A stretch of DNA of 47,544 nt, taken from Minisyncoccia bacterium. GTDB taxonomy: Bacteria > Patescibacteriota > Minisyncoccia > Phycocordibacterales > XYD1-FULL-46-19. The DNA lies in assembly GCA_041601795.1 (NCBI GenBank), contig JBFIHK010000002.1, positions 1 to 47,544 on the forward strand, read 5' to 3'. Below, piece by piece: positions 8,452 to 14,519 of this stretch. A model generated the notes under the pieces. The model had not been told where the DNA came from, did no database searches, and worked only from the letters and a program-made list of their open reading frames with translations. Every line of letters starts with the position of its first letter. Position 1 is the stretch's first letter. The position numbers and the translations under genes were made by a program.

Positions 8452-8621
8452 AGGGAGGGATTCGGTCACAAATAATTCTCTTGCCGTCGCTCGAGAATTT
8501 CCGCGACCCCGGCTCGGCTATTCACACTGCTGTGTTAATTATGCCTGCGCCTTTCGAATCCCTCACGCGACTGAAGCAGTTCAGTCGCTCCTCTCCTTGT
8601 CAAAATTTTCAATTTTGCCTG
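8452..8621 (-). repeat. tRNA-Ser-linked trailing element
   Basis: Sense remnant 8452-8464 equals tRNA gene 8627-8639 (13 nt). Antisense box 8553-8564 ttcgaatccctc. 9-bp hairpin with CTGC loop at 8567-8588. Confidence 0.7.
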
Positions 8622-8708
8622 CGGAGAGGGAGGGATTCGAACCCTCGGTGCCCTTGCGGACACTCCGGTTTTCAAGACCGGTGCGATCAACCACTCTGCC
8701 ACCTCTCC
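8622..8708 (-). tRNA. tRNA-Ser (anticodon UGA), class II
   Basis: Reverse complement GGAGAGG-TG-GCAGAGTGGTTGATCGC-A-CCGGT-CTTGAAA-ACCGG-(long variable arm)-GAGGGTTCGAATCCCTC-CCTCTCC-G. Confidence 0.9.
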
Positions 8709-8740
8709 AAAAGTAAGCCCTAGGGCTTACTGGTTGTTAT

Positions 8741-9187
8741 TTATTTGTTGTTGTCACCACTATGATCTGTTGTCATAGGGGTGTAGTCTTCAGCTGTTGT
8801 CGGCATTGGATTTGGGTTTGTTGTCGGTACAGTGCTAGCTTCAGATTCTGAAGACATAGTTTCTGGAACGTTTTCTTTGGTGCTGTTTTCTGTTTTTGGA
8901 GCTTTTGATTTAAGACTCTGGGTTTGGGGTGGGGTTTTAGGTTTAGTATCTGCAATAAAAGATCCAGTTGGACGATTTAAGCTTTTGGAAATAAAAAGGA
9001 TATAGATAATTTCTAAAATACCTAAAGTGTTAATCAAGATTAAGGCAATAAACCATAATTTATGATTGTTGCGAGCTGCTTGCCAGAGGGCAATAGCTTT
9101 CCAAACTATAGACCAGACGATAATAAAGATCAGTATCGACCAAAAAATAAAAACGACACTATCAGAAAAATTCAATGTTTGTTCCAT
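8741..9187 (-). CDS. Small membrane protein with Pro/Thr/Ser-rich C-terminal tail
   Basis: Two TM helices (IFWSILIFIIVWSIVW; LWFIALILINTLGILEIIYILF) followed by a low-complexity tail. Confidence 0.6.
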   Translation of the reverse strand: MEQTLNFSDSVVFIFWSILIFIIVWSIVWKAIALWQAARNNHKLWFIALILINTLGILEIIYILFISKSLNRPTGSFIADTKPKTPPQTQSLKSKAPKTENSTKENVPETMSSESEASTVPTTNPNPMPTTAEDYTPMTTDHSGDNNK

Positions 9188-9260
9188 AATTGTTATAGTA
9201 CAATAATATTATTAAAAATCAACCACGACTTAAAAGGTCTATATAGTATATAATAAGAAA

Positions 9261-9656
9261 ATGAAAATTGCAGGCAAAGTTTTGGGTATAGATTTTGGAA
9301 CTAAAAAAATAGGCCTAGCTTTGTCGAATGAGCTTAGAAGTGTGGCTTTTCCTTATGATGTAATACCAGTAAGCAAAGAACTTGTGGAAAAGGTGGTCGA
9401 CATCTGTCGCCGAGAAGAAGTTGAACTAATAGTGGTGGGTGAGTCTAAAAATAATAATGGACTATATAATGAAGTCCATGAACTAGCGGTTAAGTTTATA
9501 GTTGAGTTAAAAAAAGTTTTAGATATTGAAGTTGTTTTTCAGCCAGAAATGTTTTCGACTCAAGAGGCTACAAGAACCGCTCCAAAAGACAAAGACACTG
9601 ATGCTAGAGCGGCAGCTATTATTTTACAAAGTTATTTAGAGAATTATAATTTATAG
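9261..9656 (+). CDS. ruvX: Holliday junction resolvase-like / pre-16S rRNA nuclease YqgF (RuvX)
   Basis: VLGIDFGTKKIGLALSN N-terminal RNase H-fold motif. 131 aa. Confidence 0.85.
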   Translation: MKIAGKVLGIDFGTKKIGLALSNELRSVAFPYDVIPVSKELVEKVVDICRREEVELIVVGESKNNNGLYNEVHELAVKFIVELKKVLDIEVVFQPEMFSTQEATRTAPKDKDTDARAAAIILQSYLENYNL

Positions 9657-9658
9657 TC

Positions 9659-10258
9659 ATGAACTGGCCAAAAAAATTATCTCGTGACTACCTGCACTTA
9701 TGGTTGAAAAATCAAGCTACTAGAAAAGAAGCTTCTTGGGTTTTAGGGGTAATTTCGTTTACTGAAAGCTCTTTTTTTTTAATTCCACCCGACTTTTTCT
9801 TAATTAGTATTTTGTTGGCCGATAATAAACGTTGGTGGCATTATACTTTAATCACCATTGTTGGCTCCGTACTCGGAGGTATTTTTGGCTATTTAATTGG
9901 ATTGCTTTTTTTTGATACAGTGGGAGTTTGGGTTATTGAGACTTATAATCTGACCACTGAAGTTCAATTGGTAGGACAAAAATTTAATGACAATGCTATG
10001 TGGGCTATTTTTGTGTCTGCTTTTACGCCTATTCCATATAAGGTGTTCACCATTTCAGCTGGGTTTTTTAAAGTAAATTTATTTATTTTTGTTTTAATGT
10101 CTTCTTTAGGGCGAGGTTTAAGATTTTTAATCATTGGTTATATTATGCGTTTATATGGTCCGATGGCAGGGAAGTTGATGTATAAATATTTTAATGGCAT
10201 ATCTTTGTTTTTAGCTTTAGTTATTTTAACCTTAGTTTTTTATTCATATATTTTTTAA
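9659..10258 (+). CDS. YqaA/DedA-type (VTT/SNARE-associated domain) membrane protein
   Basis: TESSFFLIPPDFFLISI motif and four or more TM segments. Confidence 0.65.
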   Translation: MNWPKKLSRDYLHLWLKNQATRKEASWVLGVISFTESSFFLIPPDFFLISILLADNKRWWHYTLITIVGSVLGGIFGYLIGLLFFDTVGVWVIETYNLTTEVQLVGQKFNDNAMWAIFVSAFTPIPYKVFTISAGFFKVNLFIFVLMSSLGRGLRFLIIGYIMRLYGPMAGKLMYKYFNGISLFLALVILTLVFYSYIF

Positions 10259-10309
10259 CTTGCTCTAGAGAAAAAATAATAGTAATCTAAAAATTGTAAA
10301 TTAAAGTTT

Positions 10310-10381
10310 GCCCCGGTAGTTCAATGGATAGAACTGCGGACTTCTAAGCCGTTAATGGGGGTTCGATTCCCTCCCGGGGCA
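10310..10381 (+). tRNA. tRNA-Arg (anticodon UCU)
   Basis: GCCCCGG-TA-GTTCAATGGATAGAAC-T-GCGGA-CTTCTAA-GCCGT-TAAT-GGGGG-TTCGATT-CCCTC-CCGGGGC-A. One A.G mismatch closes the anticodon stem. Confidence 0.85.
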
Positions 10382-10543
10382 CAAAGAAAAAAGACGCTAT
10401 CAAGCGTTTTTTTTATTTGTGTTTCGGAGAAACTAAACTGCTTTAGTTTCGTGAGGTAATCGAAAAGGTTCTTCCTTACCGTCTCGCCGAATAGAGCGAG
10501 ACGGTGGAAAACCTGTACTGTTCCTGTAAGGAAAGATTCCCTC
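10382..10543 (+). repeat. tRNA-Arg(UCU)-linked trailing element
   Basis: 9-bp hairpin with CTGC loop at 10429-10450. Antisense box gaggtaatcgaa at 10453-10464 (11/12 to the complement of the tRNA T-arm). Nested hairpin at 10479-10504. Sense remnant gattccctc at 10535-10543. Confidence 0.7.
10386..10414 (+). terminator. Intrinsic terminator directly after tRNA-Arg(UCU)
   Basis: aaaaaagacgct-atca-agcgtttttttt. Confidence 0.55.
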
Positions 10544-10678
10544 TTGGTATTCTAAAACAAAACGTAAGTTTTGGCTGATTATATTTTAGTAGCCCCGGGA
10601 AGGAATCGAATTAGTAAGAAAATTTTATTTAAAACGTTATACAGTATAGTAAATAATTATTACTTAACTATCTTGTAC

Positions 10679-11245
10679 ATGTTAACCAAAATCATTGTTA
10701 TTTTAATTGTTGGTGTAATTGGTGTAGGAGGTTATTTGGTCATTTCTAGTGAGGGTGAAGTTTATGATACCGATTTATCAAACAGTACATCAACTGCAAC
10801 TACAACAACATCTAATATTAGTGAATCAAAAGAAGACAACTTTATTGAGGAAGATTTGTCTATCAAGTGGAAACAAATAGATGCTCCTAATTTTACTTTA
10901 TTTATTCCGACTGATTGGAAATTTAATCAGCTACAAGGTATAGATTCATATTTAGGGGAGTTGGTGGGGCCTGAAGCTAAATTAACTTTTGACTTTGGTT
11001 TATATTCTGATTCACTGGTGGCAGACGACGATCCTAATTATGTGATTACATATGAAAATATAGATGGTTACAAAGCTAAAATAATTAAACCTAAAACAAT
11101 TGGTCTGGGTACAGTTGGTGTTTATTTCGATAATGTTGGTGGAGGTGGCTTTCAAACTACTAAATTACAGATATCTGGCCAAGATTTATCTAAGAAAAAT
11201 CAAGAAATAGCTCTACAAATATTTAGATCTATAGAGTTTAAATAA
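10679..11245 (+). CDS. Hypothetical N-terminally anchored secreted protein
   Basis: The track ORF 10571-11245 starts at TTG inside the tRNA-linked region. The first ATG (10679) gives MLTKIIVILIVGVIGVGGYLV signal anchor, then a Thr/Ser linker. Confidence 0.6.
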   Translation: MLTKIIVILIVGVIGVGGYLVISSEGEVYDTDLSNSTSTATTTTSNISESKEDNFIEEDLSIKWKQIDAPNFTLFIPTDWKFNQLQGIDSYLGELVGPEAKLTFDFGLYSDSLVADDDPNYVITYENIDGYKAKIIKPKTIGLGTVGVYFDNVGGGGFQTTKLQISGQDLSKKNQEIALQIFRSIEFK

Positions 11246-11369
11246 TTAATTGTAAAGAAAGCTTCAGCTTAATATTTTTTAACAGATATTTAATAACAAA
11301 ATCTTTTCTAGTCCCTTAGTGTGTTGCTACAAAATCAACAGCCCCGAAGCTTTTACTGAAACATAAAAA

Positions 11370-11645
11370 CTGAGGGACTCTCGAGCTACACTCACTGGTA
11401 CTTTTCGATTAAATATTCTTAATCAGATATTTAATAACGAAAAGTCTTTCGAGATACCCGTACTTTTTTTGGGACTCGGTCACAACTCTTCTGTTTCGAT
11501 AAATCTACACAACGAAGGTCGCGACCCCGTCTCAGCGACAAGTACTCACTTGGTTCGTCTTGTATACCGCTTCCGACCTTCGAGTCCCTCAGCGCCTACA
11601 AAACAAAAATATTCTAAAGCAATACTTTAGAATCTAATGTTTTTG
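11370..11645 (-). repeat. tRNA-Val-linked trailing elements, stacked modules (proximal 11471-11645, distal 11370-11470; older decayed copy likely 11246-11369)
   Basis: 17-nt antisense box at 11579-11595 is the exact reverse complement of tRNA gene 11649-11665. Sense remnants gggactcg at 11471-11478 and ctgagggactc at 11370-11380. Confidence 0.75.
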
Positions 11646-11719
11646 TGCGCGCTGAGGGACTCGAACCCCCGGCCTACCCGGTGTAAACGGGTTGCTCTAG
11701 CCAACTGAGCTAAGCGCGC
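11646..11719 (-). tRNA. tRNA-Val (anticodon UAC)
   Basis: Reverse complement GCGCGCT-TA-GCTCAGTTGGCTAGAGC-A-ACCCG-TTTACAC-CGGGT-AGGCC-GGGGG-TTCGAGT-CCCTC-AGCGCGC-A. Confidence 0.9.
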
Positions 11720-11758
11720 AATATTGCTACAATACCTTATTTGTATTACTTTATCAAG

Positions 11759-12490
11759 ATGGGTTTTGAACCAAAAATTATATTTGAAGATGAAAATGTT
11801 CTAGTTTTAGACAAGCCAGCGGGCTTGTCTGTTCATGGTGACGGTTTTAAAAAAGAAATTACTTTAGCTGACTGGTTGGTAGGCAGGTGGCCTAGTATTG
11901 TAAATGTAGGGGAATCAACTATTAAAAACGGTCAAGAGATTTTGCGGCCAGGAATAGTTCATCGTTTAGATAGAGATACTAGCGGAGTGATGGTGGTGGC
12001 TAAAAATGAAACAACTTTTAAATATTTAAAAGAGCAATTTAAAAATAGACAAGTTCAAAAAACTTATAGAGCTTTGGTTAAAGGAGTTTTTTCGAAGCCA
12101 GAAGTAGAAAAAATAGTTTATCTACCTATTGGCCGAAGCGATAAAGATCCTAGGAAAAGGGTCGCCAGTCTTAAAGCTGCTGGTAAGTTAAGGTCAGCCG
12201 AAACTAGGTTTAAAGTTTTGGCAACTTCAGGTGAAGGGTATTCTTATATTGAAGCTTATCCGAAGACGGGCCGGACTCATCAAATTAGGGTTCACTTAAA
12301 AGCCATTCAACACCCTATAGTAGGAGATAAGTTGTATGCCGGGGAGTTATTTAATTTATCAGATTTAAATAGACAAGCTCTCCATGCTTATAAATTAACC
12401 CTTTCTTTACCTGGAGGTATAAAAAAAGAGTTCACAGCTCCCATTCCAGCTGATATGGCTTTAGCCCTTGATAAGCTTAAATTATCGTGA
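11759..12490 (+). CDS. rluD: RluA/RluD-family 23S rRNA pseudouridine synthase
   Basis: HRLDRDTSGVMVVAK catalytic motif. Start moved to ATG 11759 (the track start 11741 is TTG, adjacent to tRNA-Val). Confidence 0.85.
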   Translation: MGFEPKIIFEDENVLVLDKPAGLSVHGDGFKKEITLADWLVGRWPSIVNVGESTIKNGQEILRPGIVHRLDRDTSGVMVVAKNETTFKYLKEQFKNRQVQKTYRALVKGVFSKPEVEKIVYLPIGRSDKDPRKRVASLKAAGKLRSAETRFKVLATSGEGYSYIEAYPKTGRTHQIRVHLKAIQHPIVGDKLYAGELFNLSDLNRQALHAYKLTLSLPGGIKKEFTAPIPADMALALDKLKLS

Positions 12491-12506
12491 TAAACTACCT
12501 CTCGTT

Positions 12507-13004
12507 ATGAATACTATGACACTTGCCATCTCACCGGTGGATATCGCTAAAAGAAAAAAAATAGATTTGACCCCAGGTAATACTGTTCGGGTGTTTTTAA
12601 AGATTGAAGAAAAAGGTAAAACTCGATTGCAGATGTTTGAAGGTTTAATCATTTCTCGTAAACACGGCACTGAAGCTGGCGCCACTTTTACTGTCCGTAA
12701 AGTAGCCTCAGGGGTAGGGTTAGAAAAAACTTTTCCTTTATATTCTCCAGTAATTGATAAAATAGAAGTAGTTAAAAAATCTAAAGTTCGTCGATCTAAA
12801 CTTTATTATATTCGTGATAAAGCTGCTAAAGAAATTCGTCGTCGTATGAAGCAAATCATTGGAGGAAAACAAGATGACAACTTAAATGACGAGGAAGAAA
12901 CAGAAGAGGTGGTGGAAGTTTTAGACAGTCCAGATGTTAACCCCGAAGAGGTGGTTGCAACTGAAGCAGAAACACCAGAAACAAAACCAGAAGAAAACAA
13001 ATAA
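12507..13004 (+). CDS. rplS: 50S ribosomal protein L19 with acidic C-terminal extension
   Basis: GNTVRVFLKIEEKGKTRLQMFEGLIISRKHGTEAGATFTVRK...FPLYSPVIDKIEVV is canonical L19. The ATG 12507 start is preferred over the overlapping track start 12468. Confidence 0.9.
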   Translation: MNTMTLAISPVDIAKRKKIDLTPGNTVRVFLKIEEKGKTRLQMFEGLIISRKHGTEAGATFTVRKVASGVGLEKTFPLYSPVIDKIEVVKKSKVRRSKLYYIRDKAAKEIRRRMKQIIGGKQDDNLNDEEETEEVVEVLDSPDVNPEEVVATEAETPETKPEENK

Positions 13005-13014
13005 ATTTAAAAAA

Positions 13015-13042
13015 ACAAACCCTGAATCAGGGTTTGTTTTTT
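13015..13042 (+). terminator. Intrinsic terminator after rplS
   Basis: acaaaccctg-aat-cagggtttgt followed by ttttt. Confidence 0.8.
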
Positions 13043-13077
13043 AAATGACTTTTCTTTACAATTTTAAATATAAAATT

Positions 13078-13161
13078 GCGCGAGTGCTGAAACTGGTAGA
13101 CAGGCACGCTTGAGGGGCGTGTGCTCGTAAGAGCGTGGAGGTTCAAGTCCTCTCTCGCGCA
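13078..13161 (+). tRNA. tRNA-Leu (anticodon GAG), class II
   Basis: GCGCGAG-TG-CTGAAACTGGTAGACAG-G-CACGC-TTGAGGG-GCGTG-(variable arm GCTCgtaaGAGC)-GGAGG-TTCAAGT-CCTCT-CTCGCGC-A. Confidence 0.9.
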
Positions 13162-13304
13162 CAATTGAACAAAGTTTAAAATTGTACGCGAGAGGCGCAT
13201 CTGTTTTTTATAAAATAAAAAACAGGAGCAGGACTTGAAAAGACCCCGCCCTTCTAGAAGGGCGGGGTTGATGTGAGTTGACCCCAAGCCCCCTCGTTAC
13301 GCAC
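13162..13304 (+). repeat. tRNA-Leu-linked trailing element
   Basis: Antisense pieces cgcgagag(g) at 13187-13195 and aggacttgaa at 13230-13239, separated by an AT hairpin. GC hairpin at 13244-13267. TTGACCCC end. Decayed sense remnant aagccccctcgttacgcac at 13286-13304. Confidence 0.65.
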
Positions 13305-13379
13305 CCTTTACTTTTATTTTTAATATGATATAATAAAAATAGTTAGATTCATAAAATACTACCAGAGGAGAATACAGTC

Positions 13380-13586
13380 ATGGCTCGACAGTTTTTCCAA
13401 GTATTTTTTTATGATGAATTAGGACGTTGTTTGTGCCAATGTCCTAAAGTGTGGGGTCTTAATTTAGACCATGCCATTAGGCGTGTTCGAGACAAAAGAC
13501 CAGACCTTGAGGAAACTTATGTTTACGGCAAGAGATTACCCAAAAAATCTCGCACCCAAATGATGGGTGGCAGAGAGATTCATTGA
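13380..13586 (+). CDS. Small hypothetical protein (68 aa, Cys-containing)
   Basis: Strong RBS ggaggag 7 nt upstream of the ATG. A strong terminator follows. No recognisable family. Confidence 0.55.
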   Translation: MARQFFQVFFYDELGRCLCQCPKVWGLNLDHAIRRVRDKRPDLEETYVYGKRLPKKSRTQMMGGREIH

Positions 13587-13600
13587 TAAGTGGATCTCGC

Positions 13601-13634
13601 ACGGGCCCGACTTTTAGTCGGTGCCCGTTTTTTC
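13601..13634 (+). terminator. Intrinsic terminator
   Basis: acgggcccgac-tttta-gtcgg(t)gcccgt followed by tttttt. Confidence 0.8.
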
Positions 13635-13665
13635 TTTTTGTTAAAGATTTTGCTAAAATACTCTG

Positions 13666-14223
13666 ATGGCATTATTTACAGGTAAAGGCGACGGGGGTAC
13701 AACTAAAACTTTCGGCTGTAATCAAAGAGTATCTAAAAGCTCTAACGTGGCTGAAGCACTAGGCACTTTAGATGAGGTGAATTCTTTTTTAGGTGTTTGT
13801 AAGGAAAAAGCTCGAGCGAGTTTTTCTGTACCACCTTACGATATGCCTTTGTCACAATTATTACATCAAACTCAAGGCAATTTGTTTATTGTACAAGCTG
13901 AACTAGCTGGAGCTGAAAAAACAATCACTAAAGTCAAAGTGGTTGAAACTGAAAATATAATCAATGAAGTTGAAAAAATGATGCCACCCATTACTACTTT
14001 TTTTATTTCTGGTGGCACAGAATTAGCGGCTCATTTAGATTTTGCTCGAACGCTGGCCAGAAGAGCTGAGCGTCAGGTGGTGGGAGTTAAAGATGAGGGA
14101 GTACAAAAAATTGGGGCTGACACCCTGGCTTATTTAAACCGTCTATCTAGTTTATTGTACGCCCTGGCTAGACTTACTAACCATTTATCTGGTATAAAGG
14201 AGGAGTCGCCTAGATATAAGTAG
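13666..14223 (+). CDS. PduO-type ATP:cob(I)alamin adenosyltransferase family protein
   Basis: N-terminal TGKGDGGTT motif plus helical-bundle-length protein (185 aa). Confidence 0.8.
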   Translation: MALFTGKGDGGTTKTFGCNQRVSKSSNVAEALGTLDEVNSFLGVCKEKARASFSVPPYDMPLSQLLHQTQGNLFIVQAELAGAEKTITKVKVVETENIINEVEKMMPPITTFFISGGTELAAHLDFARTLARRAERQVVGVKDEGVQKIGADTLAYLNRLSSLLYALARLTNHLSGIKEESPRYK

Positions 14224-14235
14224 GCGATAATAGAT

Positions 14236-14308
14236 GGTGCCTATGGTGTAACGGTTAACACTGAGGTTTGTGGAACCTTCGATTCGGGTTCGATTCCCGA
14301 TAGGCACC
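14236..14308 (+). tRNA. tRNA-His (anticodon GUG) with encoded G-1
   Basis: G(-1)-GTGCCTA...GAGGT-TTGTGGA-ACCTT...CGGGTTCGATTCCCG-TAGGCAC-C. G-1 pairs with C73. Confidence 0.9.
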
Positions 14309-14519
14309 CAAAAATAATAAGTTTAAACTGAAAGTTTGAACGATTGTATTTTTGGTGTTGATCTATCCGGAATCGAAAGACGGAGGCGGTACACAAGACG
14401 AGGAGAAAAACGACGAGTGCTTGTCGCCGAGTCCGGGGAGGAAGCACTTAGTGAACGAAGACCGGAGGGATGAGTGAACTTAGTGACTTGACCCCGATTC
14501 CCGATAGGCACCCAAAAAT
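14309..14519 (+). repeat. tRNA-His-linked trailing element bounded by a perfect 24-nt direct repeat of the tRNA 3' end
   Basis: gattcccgataggcacccaaaaat at 14292-14315 and again at 14496-14519. Antisense box ccggaatcgaa at 14367-14377 (10/11). Confidence 0.8.

Noticed and set aside
8452-8708. Reading the elements as T-loop introns or split/permuted tRNA genes
   Set aside because: In every case the tRNA copy adjacent to the element is complete and folds canonically by itself. The distal 3' fragments are truncated or mutated (except at His), so they cannot be the functional 3' exon.
8188-8723. Track ORFs 8188-8379 (-), 8420-8716 (+) and 8481-8723 (+)
   Set aside because: The latter two run antisense through tRNA-Ser and its element. 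The first covers the hairpin-rich ncRNA candidate. None has an RBS or a protein-like composition.
11471-11520. Hammerhead or other small self-cleaving ribozyme inside the elements (CGAAAC, CTGAGGG strings)
   Set aside because: I could not assemble a complete hammerhead core (CUGANGA ... GAAA ... UH with three helices) in any copy. The GAAA strings derive from the T-loop complement.
13027-13287. Track ORF 13027-13287 (-)
   Set aside because: It is antisense to tRNA-Leu and its element, so it is an artefact.
852-14519. CRISPR array or CRISPR-like repeats as an explanation for the repeated tRNA fragments
   Set aside because: The repeats differ from locus to locus (each matches its neighbouring tRNA). 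Only 2-3 copies occur per locus, the spacing is irregular, and no cas genes are present.
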